A stretch of 64,000 nucleotides of DNA from Pyrinomonadaceae bacterium (lineage in GTDB: Bacteria > Acidobacteriota > Blastocatellia > Pyrinomonadales > Pyrinomonadaceae). Below, in pieces: positions 8,439 through 17,606 of the stretch. Both the position numbers and the translations under genes were made by a program. The notes beneath the pieces were generated by a model. It was given only the letters and a program-made list of their open reading frames with translations, had not been told where the DNA came from and did not search any database. Each line of letters begins with the position of its first letter. Position 1 is the stretch's first letter. The stretch covers positions 7,586-71,585 of the forward strand of contig JBGQGG010000028.1 of assembly GCA_041497335.1 (NCBI GenBank), written 5' to 3'.

Positions 8439-8906
8439 GTGTCGGATAAGATTAAGATTAATTGTACGGTCAATAAACAACCCCAGAAGCTTCACGCCTT
8501 TCCCATGGAACGTCTGCTCGACGTGCTGCGAGAACAACTGCGTCTGACCGGAACCAAAGAAGGTTGCGGCGAAGGCGAATGTGGCGCGTGCAGCGTCATG
8601 ATCGATGGCCAAATCGTCAACAGTTGCCTGGTGCCGGTGGCGCAAGTCGAAGGCGCGTCAATTCAAACGATCGAAGGGATCGCCACAGACGATCAACTGC
8701 ACGTCGTGCAACAGGCTTTCATCGAATGCGGCGGCGCGCAGTGCGGGATTTGCACGCCGGGAATGGTTCTGGCCGCGATGAATCTACTCGCAAGGAATTC
8801 CAATCCAAGTGAGTCAGAGATTCGCAATGGCCTGGCTGGTAATCTCTGTCGCTGCACCGGCTATATGAAGATTTTTGAGTCGGTGGTGCGGGCTTGTCAG
8901 AAATAG
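8439..8906 (+). CDS. xanthine dehydrogenase family, (2Fe-2S)-binding small subunit
   Basis: 155 aa, GTG start. CGEGECGACSV plus CGICTPG and CRCTGY cluster motifs. Confidence 0.9.
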   Translation: MSDKIKINCTVNKQPQKLHAFPMERLLDVLREQLRLTGTKEGCGEGECGACSVMIDGQIVNSCLVPVAQVEGASIQTIEGIATDDQLHVVQQAFIECGGAQCGICTPGMVLAAMNLLARNSNPSESEIRNGLAGNLCRCTGYMKIFESVVRACQK

Positions 8907-8916
8907 ATCATTGCCC

Positions 8917-9102
8917 ATGATAGATATCCATGATGAGTTGCGGCTACTGGTAGCGAAACTCGACGAGCAGAATATCGAGTACGCCTTATGCGGCGGCCTT
9001 TCTCTTCAGAAGGCCAAAATCAAAAGAGAAGAAGATCGACCACAAGGAATCGAGCGGCGCAGCGAGGCGCAGTCGGAGTCTCGCCAGAAAAAGTCGCAAT
9101 GA
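8917..9102 (+). pseudogene. possible N-terminal remnant of a nucleotidyltransferase-type gene, running into repeat-like sequence
   Basis: MIDIHDELRLLVAKLDEQNIEYALCGGLS resembles starts of minimal nucleotidyltransferase proteins (memory only). The frame then turns into low-complexity K/R/E/Q sequence and ends at the next gene's start. Confidence 0.3.
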
Positions 9103-9962
9103 GGGCCTACGTTCCATCCTACCAATTGATTTCGCCGGCCAGTCTTGGCGAAGCGCTCGCTGTACTCGCGCGCGAGTCGGGCGTCTGGAAACCTTTCGCC
9201 GGAGGCACCGATCTGATGGTGCTGCTCGAGGCCGGAATGCTGCCGCACAAGAACTACTTGAACATCTGGAACCTGCCGGAACTGCACGGCATTGAAGTGA
9301 CAGAAACTCAGGTCACGCTCGGCGCGCTCACCACCTACACCGAAGTTCAGGACCACGAGACACTGCGCGAAGAGTTCCCGATGCTCTGTCAAGCGGCGAG
9401 TGAAACCGGCGGACTGGCAATTCAGAACCGCGGCACGCTGGGCGGCAATATCGTCAACGCTTCACCCGCGGCCGATTCACCACCAGCGTTGCTTGCCTAC
9501 GACGCCGGACTGGAACTTGTTTCGAAAGAAGGCATGCGCAACATTCCATATTCAAAATTCCATATCGGCTATAAGCAGATGAACATACGGCCGGACGAAC
9601 TGCTGCGCGCGATTCGCTTGCCGCGTGCGACCAAAAGATCGACGCATTACTATCGCAAAGTCGGCACGCGCAAAGCTCAGGCCATTTCGAAGGTTTGCTT
9701 CGCCGGTGTGGCGCGGATGAACAGCGATCAAATCGAAGATGTTCGGATCGCGTTGGGAAGCGTGGCGCCTGTCCCGATTCGTTGCGCGCAGACCGAAAGC
9801 GCGCTGCGAAACAAACGAATCAACGCGGAAACATTGACCGCTGCCAAAGCCGCCCTGAGGGCTGAGATTGCGCCGATAGACGATCTGCGGTCGACCAGAG
9901 ATTACCGGCTAAGGGTGTCACTTAATCTGCTGGAAGATTTTGTCCGCCGGTTGATTGCCTAA
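9099..9962 (+). CDS. xanthine dehydrogenase family, FAD-binding subunit
   Basis: In-frame ATG at 9099 gives MRAYVPSYQLISPASLGEALAVL...FAGGTDLMVLLE, then IQNRGTLGGNIVNASPAADS, typical of the CoxM/XdhB FAD-binding domain. Confidence 0.9.
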   Translation: MRAYVPSYQLISPASLGEALAVLARESGVWKPFAGGTDLMVLLEAGMLPHKNYLNIWNLPELHGIEVTETQVTLGALTTYTEVQDHETLREEFPMLCQAASETGGLAIQNRGTLGGNIVNASPAADSPPALLAYDAGLELVSKEGMRNIPYSKFHIGYKQMNIRPDELLRAIRLPRATKRSTHYYRKVGTRKAQAISKVCFAGVARMNSDQIEDVRIALGSVAPVPIRCAQTESALRNKRINAETLTAAKAALRAEIAPIDDLRSTRDYRLRVSLNLLEDFVRRLIA

Positions 9963-9975
9963 GTAACAAAGCGAA

Positions 9976-10000
9976 GTCCGCGAAGCGGACGTCTGTTTCA
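9976..10000 (+). terminator. candidate hairpin terminator after the xdh FAD subunit
   Basis: GTCCGC-GAA-GCGGAC at 9976-9990 followed by GTCTGTTTC. The stem is short and the T-tract weak. Confidence 0.35.
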
Positions 10001-10048
10001 CGGACTCTTACTCGCTCCCTCTCTCTTCCATCTCGCTTTCACACAGTC

Positions 10049-10071
10049 GCTGAAGCGAGGTGCGAATGAGA
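10049..10071. repeat. REP family GCTGAAGCGAGGTGC(T/G)AATGAGA, copy 1
   Basis: Same 23-mer (one mismatch) at 32399-32421 and inverted at 32314-32336. Confidence 0.75.
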
Positions 10072-10144
10072 TTTGAAACACTTGTTCTTCTTTCGTGACC
10101 TGCAAACCAGCATGCGCTAGAATCGACATGCAAGTTCCCCTGCC

Positions 10145-11341
10145 ATGAAACCCATCGCGTACTCAATGAAGTCCCCAATTCTTGTCGCCCTCGCGGCGAT
10201 CATCTTCATTTCCTCGCTCCCTATTTATGGCCAGAGTCTTCAGCCTGTCTCGGACGATAAAACTGACGAGGGGCAGTTCAATTTGCTGGTTCTCGGCGAT
10301 TCCATAGCTTGGGGACAGGGTCTGAGGGACGAGCACAAAGCGTGGTATCAGGTAAAGACCTGGCTGGAAGACTCTGCCGGCCGAAAGGTGCGCGAGAGGG
10401 TCGAGGCCCACTCCGGGGCCGTAATTGGCTCACCGGGAGATTCGGGGGGGAATCCCGTACCGCCGCTTGATGCCGAGGTGAATCGCGGCCTCCCGAGTGT
10501 GAACCATCAAATAGACAACGCGCTCCGCTCTTACGCCGATCCTTCGCAGGTTGATCTGGTACTGGTGGATGGCTGCATAAACGACGTCGATGCGCGGAGG
10601 CTACTGAACGCTGCTAACACTCCCGATGGCATACGCGAGTTGGCGCAAGAGAAGTGCGGCCCACCGGTCGAAGCCATGCTGAGCAGAATTATGACGTCGT
10701 TTCCGAAAGCTCACGTGATAATTACCGGCTATTACCCGATTCTCTCTGAGAAGACGGCGAGAGATCTGTTCATGAGGGCCCTGGCGAAGAGACTCTATAG
10801 CGGAACGGCGCCGATGAACGATAAGCAGTTGCGGGCGAGGCTGATAGATATTTCCAGAGTGTGGTATCTGACTTCGAACCAAATGCTGGCCGGAGCCACC
10901 AGCAAGGTCGATGCCCAGTCGGCCGCAAAAGGTTCGCGTCAGCGAGCGTTGTTTGCCGAAATAGCTTTTCTGCCGGAGCACTCGTTCGCAGCTCCACAGT
11001 CGCGCTTGTGGGGTTTCGATGCATCTTTCCTAAGGAAGCTTCTGGTTGTTCTGACCCTGGGCAGAGTGACGTTGAAGACGAATGATGAGCGCAGGAACCA
11101 ACGCGGCACCAGTTGCAAGGAAACCTTCAGCCGGCCGTCGTCGGGCGAGACTAAGGACCAAGAGAGAGCGAGAAAGAACCGAATAGCCCTTTGCCGGCTG
11201 GCCGCGATTGGACATCCGAACCGTGAAGGCGCGCAGATGTACGCCGAAGCGATCGGCAAGCAACTGAAATTACTGGCTGGTGGTTCAGGTTGGCTCAGAG
11301 ACATGCGCGCCATCGCCGCGCCGGGCAATCCTGTTCGCTAA
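10145..11341 (+). CDS. secreted SGNH/GDSL-family hydrolase
   Basis: 398 aa. Signal peptide, block I LVLGDSIAWGQG, C-terminal block V-like IGHPNREGAQMYA. Confidence 0.7.
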   Translation: MKPIAYSMKSPILVALAAIIFISSLPIYGQSLQPVSDDKTDEGQFNLLVLGDSIAWGQGLRDEHKAWYQVKTWLEDSAGRKVRERVEAHSGAVIGSPGDSGGNPVPPLDAEVNRGLPSVNHQIDNALRSYADPSQVDLVLVDGCINDVDARRLLNAANTPDGIRELAQEKCGPPVEAMLSRIMTSFPKAHVIITGYYPILSEKTARDLFMRALAKRLYSGTAPMNDKQLRARLIDISRVWYLTSNQMLAGATSKVDAQSAAKGSRQRALFAEIAFLPEHSFAAPQSRLWGFDASFLRKLLVVLTLGRVTLKTNDERRNQRGTSCKETFSRPSSGETKDQERARKNRIALCRLAAIGHPNREGAQMYAEAIGKQLKLLAGGSGWLRDMRAIAAPGNPVR

Positions 11342-11435
11342 CCGTCCGGCTGACTCTTGCGCACCGGATAAACCCGTGATAAAGGTCGGCCGTCTGACTT
11401 TCAACTATCGGCCTGCAGCTAAAGGAGAAACCGCA

Positions 11436-12185
11436 ATGACACCAGACAACATTCAGTTTCGTACCGGCGTCATCAAGCCTGTGGAATGCGTCAAAGAGGC
11501 CTGGGCGCTCATCAAAGGTCAGTACTGGCTGTTTCTGGGAATTGTCTTTGTCGGTGTGTTCATTGGCGGCGCAGTTCCCATCGTCTTACTCGGACCGATG
11601 ATGGTGGGCATTTACATCTGCCTGTTTCGCCGGATGCGCGGCGAACCGGTCGAGTTTGGCACCTTGTTCAAGGGCTTCGACTACTTCGCCCAAAGTCTGA
11701 TTGCCGCGTTGCTGCAGATGATTCCAATGGTCGTAGTGATGGTACCGGCTTACATAATCATGTTCGTTTTGATGATGACCTCGATGCCACGTGGCGGTCG
11801 CATGGATCCGGACCAGTCAACAAGGTTTGTGTTTACGTTTCTCGGATTTGAGTTGGTGTTTCTCGCGGTCATGCTGACCGTAGGGATCTTAGTTGGCGTC
11901 TTTTTCATGTTCGCTTTCCCTCTGATTGCCGATCGCGGTCTATCAGGACTGGACGCGACTAAGCTCAGTATTAAAGCGGGTAAGGCAAACTTTGGCGGGA
12001 TTCTCGGATTACTCCTGGTGAATGCTGGTCTGGGGCTCATCGGTGTGCTCTGCTGCTACGTTGGAGTATTTTTCTTCATGCCCGTGGCGCTGACGTCGTA
12101 CGCGATCGCATACCGTCGCGTCTTTCCTGCCGTTCTTCAGAACTTCGCATCGCCGCCACCGCCGCCGTCAAACTGGGCTGCTTAG
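11436..12185 (+). CDS. polytopic membrane protein, unknown function, Pro-rich C-terminus
   Basis: ATG at 11436 preceded by AAAGGAG. Several hydrophobic helices; ends ASPPPPPSNWAA. The longer ORF from 11280 is unlikely. Confidence 0.65.
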   Translation: MTPDNIQFRTGVIKPVECVKEAWALIKGQYWLFLGIVFVGVFIGGAVPIVLLGPMMVGIYICLFRRMRGEPVEFGTLFKGFDYFAQSLIAALLQMIPMVVVMVPAYIIMFVLMMTSMPRGGRMDPDQSTRFVFTFLGFELVFLAVMLTVGILVGVFFMFAFPLIADRGLSGLDATKLSIKAGKANFGGILGLLLVNAGLGLIGVLCCYVGVFFFMPVALTSYAIAYRRVFPAVLQNFASPPPPPSNWAA

Positions 12186-12189
12186 CGCG

Positions 12190-13551
12190 ATGCTTCAATC
12201 CGATCTTGTAATTCGCGGACGCCTGGTCAGGACCGAAGATCGAGTCGGCCCGGCATCCGTACATATTCGTGGCGGACGGATCGCCGCGGTTGCGCCTTTC
12301 GATCAAATTCCTGCCGACTGCCAGGTGATCGAAGCCAGCGAACGGTCGATCGTCATGCCGGGACTGGTCGATTCGCACGTGCATGTGAACGAGCCCGGAC
12401 GAACCGAGTGGGAGGGTTTTAAAACCGCGACGCGCGCCGCGGCAGCGGGAGGCGTGACGACGATCGTGGACATGCCGCTCAATTGCATTCCGGCAACGAC
12501 TACGCGGGAAGGCTTGAGAGCGAAATTAGAAGTCGCGCGCTACAAGCTTCATGTCGATGCTGCGTTCTGGGGCGGCGTGGTGCCGGGCAACACGAGCGAA
12601 CTGGGCATGCTATGGAATGCTGGCGTAGTCGGATTCAAATGTTTCCTCGTGCCTTCGGGCGTTGATGAATTTCCCAACGTCACTGAGACTGATTTGCGCG
12701 AGTCGATGCCTGAGCTGGCACGACTTGGTGCGACGCTGATTGTTCATGCGGAACTGCCGGGTCCGATTGAAGCTGCCTGTTGTCAGACATCTGATGGCGA
12801 GCGAACTTACGCTGCGTTCCTGCGCACGCGCCCGCGCGCGGCAGAAAACGAAGCGGTTGAGTTGATGATTCGGCTCAGCCGCGAGACTGGCTGTCGCGTT
12901 CACATCGTGCATCATTCTTCGGCGGATGCATTGCCCGTACTGCGCGAAGCGAAAGCCTCCGGCGTTGCGATCACGGTTGAGACTTGCCCTCATTACTTAC
13001 ATTTCGCAGCCGAAGAGATTCGGGATGGCGCGACTGAGTTCAAATGCTGCCCGCCGATCCGCGAACGTGAAAACCGCGAACAGCTTTGGGAAGCGCTGCG
13101 CGACGGCACAATCGACATGGTCGTGTCCGACCACTCACCCTGTCCGACCGAAATGAAGTTGCCGGAGCCGGGCGATTTCACAAAAGCCTGGGGCGGCGTT
13201 TCTTCTTTGCAGCTTCGCTTGCCGGTGATGTGGACTGAGGCGAAAAAGCGCGGGTTCACGATTAGCCAGATCGCGGAATGGCTGTGTCGCGCGCCGGCCA
13301 AGCTCGTGGGATTGGATCGTAGGAAAGGCGCGATTGCCGTCGGTTATGATGCTGACATCGTCATTTGGAATCCTGAGGCGGAGTTTCGCGTCGCACCGGA
13401 GATGATCCATCATCGTCATAAGTTGACGCCTTACGCGGGAGAAGTTTTGCTTGGCCAAGTAGAAAAGACTTTTCTTCGGGGGCAGATGGTTTATGATTGC
13501 GGCGACTTTAGTGAACGGAAGGGAACGCCGCTCCTGCGCACGAGCAGTTGA
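12190..13551 (+). CDS. allB: allantoinase
   Basis: 453 aa. PGLVDSHVHVNEPGRTEWEGFKTATRAAAAGGVTT is the cyclic-amidohydrolase signature in its allantoinase form. Sits among uricolysis genes. Confidence 0.85.
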   Translation: MLQSDLVIRGRLVRTEDRVGPASVHIRGGRIAAVAPFDQIPADCQVIEASERSIVMPGLVDSHVHVNEPGRTEWEGFKTATRAAAAGGVTTIVDMPLNCIPATTTREGLRAKLEVARYKLHVDAAFWGGVVPGNTSELGMLWNAGVVGFKCFLVPSGVDEFPNVTETDLRESMPELARLGATLIVHAELPGPIEAACCQTSDGERTYAAFLRTRPRAAENEAVELMIRLSRETGCRVHIVHHSSADALPVLREAKASGVAITVETCPHYLHFAAEEIRDGATEFKCCPPIRERENREQLWEALRDGTIDMVVSDHSPCPTEMKLPEPGDFTKAWGGVSSLQLRLPVMWTEAKKRGFTISQIAEWLCRAPAKLVGLDRRKGAIAVGYDADIVIWNPEAEFRVAPEMIHHRHKLTPYAGEVLLGQVEKTFLRGQMVYDCGDFSERKGTPLLRTSS

Positions 13552-13552
13552 T

Positions 13553-13615
13553 TTCCTTGCGAGCTTTGCGCCTTGGCGTGAAATACGATCTCGCAAAGGC
13601 GGAAGACGCACAAGG
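13553..13615. repeat. GCAAAG-type low-complexity palindrome between allB and alc
   Basis: CCTTGCGAGCTTTGCGCC opposed to CTCGCAAAGGCGGAAGACGCACAAGG. Related units at 8387-8430, 38710-38811 and 45664-45724. Confidence 0.65.
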
Positions 13616-13628
13616 TACTCCGAAGAAT

Positions 13629-14621
13629 ATGGACTTCACAGAGTTAATCGATCTCGCTTCCGAACGCCTCGGCGGTGCGGTACTGTTTGCCAACGACGAG
13701 TTTTTTGCGCCAAAAGAAAACCTGCTGAAACCCTCGTCGCCGATTTTTGTCGAAGGCAAGTACACCGATCTGGGAAAGTGGATGGATGGTTGGGAGTCGC
13801 GGCGGCGGCGCGCGCCGGGTTTCGATTGGTGCATCATTCGCCTGGGTTTGCCGGGAGTGATTCGCGGCGTCATGGTCGACACCAGCCATTTCAAAGGCAA
13901 TTATCCTGAAGCCGGTTCCCTGGAAGCTTGCGCGATTGACGGCCTTCCGACTACTGAACAACTAACTGCTGAGTCAGTGAAGTGGGCTGAGATCCTGCCG
14001 AAAGCGAATCTGAATGGCGACTCGCTCAATCCATTCGCTGTTGCCGGCGAGTCGCGTTGGACGCATCTGCGTTTCAAGATCTATCCGGACGGCGGCGTCG
14101 CGCGGCTGCGGGTTTATGGTGAAGTCATGCCTGACTGGAATCGCCTGAAGCAAATCGGTGGTGAGATTGATCTCGCAGCGGTGGAAAATGGCGGCATGGT
14201 CTTGTCTTGCAGCGATATGTTCTTCGGGCACCGTCACAATCTGATTATGCCAGGGAAAGCGGTTAACATGAGCGACGGTTGGGAAACAAAGCGCCGCCGC
14301 GGCCCTGGTCACGACTGGACGATCATTAAGCTCGGCAAGCCGGGTCACATTCAGCGTCTGGAAGTTGACACGTCTTATTTCAAAGGAAATTTTCCCGAGA
14401 GCTGTTCCCTGGAGAGCTGTAACGCCGAGGGCCTGCCGGTTGAGACCGTCGTGGATCCGGAATTCGTCTGGAAGCCGGTGCTCGCGCGCACGAAGTTGCA
14501 GGCCCACACGCGGCACCTCTTTGACGAAGTAATGGATGTGGGCTCGGCTTCGCACGTGCGCTTTAATATTTTCCCGGATGGTGGGGTAAGTAGGCTGAGA
14601 GTTTACGGGATGATCGAGTAG
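13629..14621 (+). CDS. alc: allantoicase
   Basis: ATG at 13629, downstream of the palindrome. Two repeats of the allantoicase module (FANDEFFAPKENLL...GWESRRRR; MSDGWETKRRRGPGHDW). Confidence 0.9.
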   Translation: MDFTELIDLASERLGGAVLFANDEFFAPKENLLKPSSPIFVEGKYTDLGKWMDGWESRRRRAPGFDWCIIRLGLPGVIRGVMVDTSHFKGNYPEAGSLEACAIDGLPTTEQLTAESVKWAEILPKANLNGDSLNPFAVAGESRWTHLRFKIYPDGGVARLRVYGEVMPDWNRLKQIGGEIDLAAVENGGMVLSCSDMFFGHRHNLIMPGKAVNMSDGWETKRRRGPGHDWTIIKLGKPGHIQRLEVDTSYFKGNFPESCSLESCNAEGLPVETVVDPEFVWKPVLARTKLQAHTRHLFDEVMDVGSASHVRFNIFPDGGVSRLRVYGMIE

Positions 14622-14624
14622 TAA

Positions 14625-14683
14625 CCACAAAAGTCACAAAGAACACACAGACTCCTGAAATTGTTTTTGTGCCTTTGTGTCTC
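14625..14683. repeat. stutter palindrome (CACAAAG-type units)
   Basis: CCACAAAAGTCACAAAGAACACACAGAC opposed to TTGTTTTTGTGCCTTTGTGTCTC. The right arm overlaps the uraD GTG start. Confidence 0.7.
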
Positions 14684-15213
14684 AGTGGCTAACTGAGGCT
14701 TTGAATACTCAGCTCAAACAATTGAACTCGCTCTCGCCCGCCCAAGCCGAAGCAGAGTTGCTAAAATGCTGCGGCGCTCGCAACTGGGCAAGGCTGATGA
14801 CTGAGGCCAGACCCTTTGCCAGTCTTGAGGGTCTTCAGGCCATGGCCGACAGCGTCTGGCGATCTTTGACCGAGGAAGATTGGCTCGAAGCTTTTCGTGC
14901 TCATCCGAAAATTGGAGAGCAAAAGGCCACCGCGGCGCAGTCAGAACAGGCGCGGAACTGGTCATCGCAGGAGCAGTCGGGCGTCAAACGCGCCGCCTTA
15001 GAGACCCGGGCCGCGCTGGCCGCAGGAAATCAGGAATACGAAAAACGGTTTGATTTCATCTTCATCGTTTGCGCGACGGGCAAATCTTCGGAAGAGATGC
15101 TGGCGATTCTGAATACTCGGTTACAGAACGATCCCAAAGCCGAGTTGCTCGTAGCCGCCGGAGAGCAAAGAAAGATTACGCGACTAAGATTGGAGAAACT
15201 TATAAACGAGTGA
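14677..15213 (+). CDS. uraD: 2-oxo-4-hydroxy-4-carboxy-5-ureidoimidazoline (OHCU) decarboxylase
   Basis: 178 aa. CCGARNWARLM...EAFRAHPKIGE...FIFIVCATGKS matches the remembered OHCU decarboxylase pattern. Start codon uncertain. Confidence 0.85.
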   Translation: MSQWLTEALNTQLKQLNSLSPAQAEAELLKCCGARNWARLMTEARPFASLEGLQAMADSVWRSLTEEDWLEAFRAHPKIGEQKATAAQSEQARNWSSQEQSGVKRAALETRAALAAGNQEYEKRFDFIFIVCATGKSSEEMLAILNTRLQNDPKAELLVAAGEQRKITRLRLEKLINE

Positions 15214-15554
15214 GCGCAATCACTACACATGTTCTCGATACCTCGCGCGGACGTCCAGCGAACGGTGTGCGGGTGAGGCTTGAACTCGAAAGTGCCGACG
15301 GCAGTTGGAAGCAGATTGGCAAAGGAACAACCGACGCGGATGGTCGCGCCAGGGATTTGTTGCCGGACGGTTTTCCGTTGCACGGAGGTGTTTATCGATT
15401 GACCTTCGAGACAGGAGCTTACTTTGCCGCGCAGGAGACCGAAGGCTTCTATCGCGAGGTCGTGGTTGTTTTTACGATTAGCGACCCGGCACGGCATTAT
15501 CACGTGCCTTTGTTGCTTAGTCCGTTTGGATATTCGACGTATCGGGGAAGTTAA
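15210..15554 (+). CDS. hiuH: 5-hydroxyisourate hydrolase (transthyretin-like)
   Basis: GTG at 15210 overlaps the uraD stop (GTGA). ITTHVLDTSRGRPANGVRV...HYHVPLLLSPFGYSTYRGS with the diagnostic C-terminal YRGS. Confidence 0.9.
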   Translation: MSAITTHVLDTSRGRPANGVRVRLELESADGSWKQIGKGTTDADGRARDLLPDGFPLHGGVYRLTFETGAYFAAQETEGFYREVVVVFTISDPARHYHVPLLLSPFGYSTYRGS

Positions 15555-15568
15555 GTGGCTTTGGGTTG

Positions 15569-15646
15569 GTTCGGAGTTCCGCCTTCAGGGGGTCTTATGT
15601 GGAAATGATGAGGAAATAAGGCCCGCCTAAGGGCGGAACTCCGAAC
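15569..15646. repeat. REP-like inverted repeat GTTCGGAGTTCCGCC / GGCGGAACTCCGAAC
   Basis: Arms at 15569-15583 and 15632-15646, in the hiuH-puuD spacer. Confidence 0.7.
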
Positions 15647-15664
15647 GTTCTGCCACTCTCCAAG

Positions 15665-16498
15665 ATGAACATCAATCCAACCGTAAGCGAATGGCTCAAT
15701 CTGATCGCACGCTGGGTGCACGTGTTTGCCGGCATTATGTGGGTCGGCACAACTTACTACTTCACCTGGCTCGATGCGCGTCTCACGGAAGAAGAGAAAG
15801 CCATGCGCGCGGCGTCAAATTCTGCCGCCCCGGCCCAGCTCTGGATGGTTCACAGCGGCGGTTTCTATGTGGTCGAGAAGCGCAAGGTGCCGGACGAGCT
15901 TTCGCGCAAGCTCCACTGGTTTCGCTGGGAAGCCGCGACTACCTGGTTGAGCGGTTTCGCGCTCTTGATCATTGTTTACTACCTCGGCGGCGGCGCTTTG
16001 GTAGATCGCGATGTGTCGGAAATCAGCCTGGGCGCGGCAGTCGGCGTGGGAATAGGTGCGCTTCTCTTCGGCTGGCTTATTTATGATCTGCTGATGATTT
16101 CCCCTTTGGGACGAAACGAAAAACTGTTCGCGCTGGTCGCTTACGTCCTGGTTGTAGGCGCCGCCTATGGATTGACGCGCGTGTTGAGCGGCCGGGCCGT
16201 TTACATCCATTTGGGCGCGATGTTTGGCACCATCATGGCGGCCAACGTCTGGATGCGCATCCTGCCGGCGCAGAGAAAAATGATCGAGGCCATCAAGGCC
16301 GGCAACAAACCTGACGAGGGGCTCGCTGCCCAGGCCAAGCTTCGCTCAAAGCAGAACACCTTCATGGCCGTGCCGGTAGTTTTCCTCATGATCAGCAGCC
16401 ACTACGGCGGTAACACCACCGGCGGTTACGATTGGATTCATCTCGCGGTGCTGATTCCGCTCGGTTGGCTGGCCGCAAAGTTCATTCGGCGGGCCTAA
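15665..16498 (+). CDS. puuD: PuuD-like urate hydroxylase membrane domain protein (no cytochrome c domain)
   Basis: 277 aa. EWLNLIARWVHVFAGIMWVGTTYYFTWLD...LHWFRWEAATTWLSGFALL resembles the remembered PuuD N-terminal domain. No cysteine at all, so no CxxCH. Confidence 0.65.
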   Translation: MNINPTVSEWLNLIARWVHVFAGIMWVGTTYYFTWLDARLTEEEKAMRAASNSAAPAQLWMVHSGGFYVVEKRKVPDELSRKLHWFRWEAATTWLSGFALLIIVYYLGGGALVDRDVSEISLGAAVGVGIGALLFGWLIYDLLMISPLGRNEKLFALVAYVLVVGAAYGLTRVLSGRAVYIHLGAMFGTIMAANVWMRILPAQRKMIEAIKAGNKPDEGLAAQAKLRSKQNTFMAVPVVFLMISSHYGGNTTGGYDWIHLAVLIPLGWLAAKFIRRA

Positions 16499-16501
16499 TC
16501 A

Positions 16502-16550
16502 GTGGCACGCGCTCCTTGCGCGTGATTCACGGGCGGGACGCCCGTGCCAC
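16502..16550. repeat. REP family GTGGCACGCGC..GCGCGTGA..ACGGGC..GCCCGTGCCA, copy 1
   Basis: Two adjacent hairpins (CACGCGC/GCGCGTG and CACGGGCG/CGCCCGTG). Second copy at 61983-62032. Confidence 0.75.
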
Positions 16551-17038
16551 TACTTCTTCTTCCCCTTCTTTCCCGCACCCATCGCCACGATCGTCTCAAA
16601 CTCTTCCCTGGTAAGCGGCATCACGGATAGCTGCGACTGGCGAATCAACGGCAGATTGCCCAACTTTGGGTGATAACGGATTGAGGCCAGTGGCACCGGT
16701 TCATTCAAAGGCTTCACCGGTTTGATATCGACGGCCACCCATTGGGGATCGGCTGCGGTCGGATCCGGGTAAGCAGCTTTGGCTACTTCCGCGATTCCGA
16801 CCACGCATTTTCCTGTCCCTGAATGGTAAAACAACACGGAATCGCCTACTTTCATTTGTCGCAGGTTGTTCCGCGCCTGAAAGTTTCTCACTCCGGTCCA
16901 ATCTGTGCGGCCGTCGCGCACGAAATCGTCCCAGGAGTACTTTTCCGGCTCCTGCTTAACCATCCAGGAGCCCAATGAGCCCGCCACCTCGCGCTTTTTC
17001 GAGCTGCGCTTCCTTGATACCGGTTTCTTTTTGATCAT
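16550..17038 (-). CDS. EVE (PUA-like) domain protein with basic N- and C-terminal tails
   Basis: [49 protein letters not shown] is a textbook EVE domain. Start uncertain (17080, 17038 or 16963); 17038 chosen for spacing to bcp. Confidence 0.8.
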   Translation of the reverse strand: MIKKKPVSRKRSSKKREVAGSLGSWMVKQEPEKYSWDDFVRDGRTDWTGVRNFQARNNLRQMKVGDSVLFYHSGTGKCVVGIAEVAKAAYPDPTAADPQWVAVDIKPVKPLNEPVPLASIRYHPKLGNLPLIRQSQLSVMPLTREEFETIVAMGAGKKGKKK

Positions 17039-17102
17039 CGGTCGTTGCAGTCCTTCGGTTGAAATCGTTAGAATTCCCACGCTAGTTCATTCCAACGATG
17101 GG

Positions 17103-17579
17103 ATGCAAATCATAGTGGCCAAACCAAAAGAGGGAGACAAAGCTCCGGATTTCACCGCCGTCGACGGTGAGGGTAAGACCGTTCGTCTGACGGATCTGCG
17201 CGGCAAGAAAGTAGTCCTTTATTTCTATCCTAAGGACGACACGCCCGGATGCACTAAAGAAGCCTGTTCTTTCCGCGATTCGTTCGCCAAGTTCAAGAAG
17301 CGTGGCATCGAAGTGCTGGGAGTTTCATTCGACAACGAAGCCAAGCACAAGAAATTCGCCGGCAAGTATGGTTTGCCTTTTCGCCTGCTGGCAGACACCG
17401 ATCGCGTGATTTCCGAAGGTTATGGAACCTACGGCGAGAAAAAGTTCATGGGGAGGACCTACATGGGCATTCACCGCATGACTTTCCTGATTGACGAGAA
17501 GGGAAAGATCAGAAAAATCTTCAGCAAGGTCAAACCTGAAGATCACGCGGAAGAAGTGCTGGCCGCCTTCGATGAATGA
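17103..17579 (+). CDS. bcp: thiol peroxidase Bcp (peroxiredoxin)
   Basis: ATG at 17103. [47 protein letters not shown] with peroxidatic Cys in PGCT. Confidence 0.9.
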   Translation: MQIIVAKPKEGDKAPDFTAVDGEGKTVRLTDLRGKKVVLYFYPKDDTPGCTKEACSFRDSFAKFKKRGIEVLGVSFDNEAKHKKFAGKYGLPFRLLADTDRVISEGYGTYGEKKFMGRTYMGIHRMTFLIDEKGKIRKIFSKVKPEDHAEEVLAAFDE

Positions 17580-17606
17580 TTCACGCCGGGTTCCCTATCG
17601 AACCGC

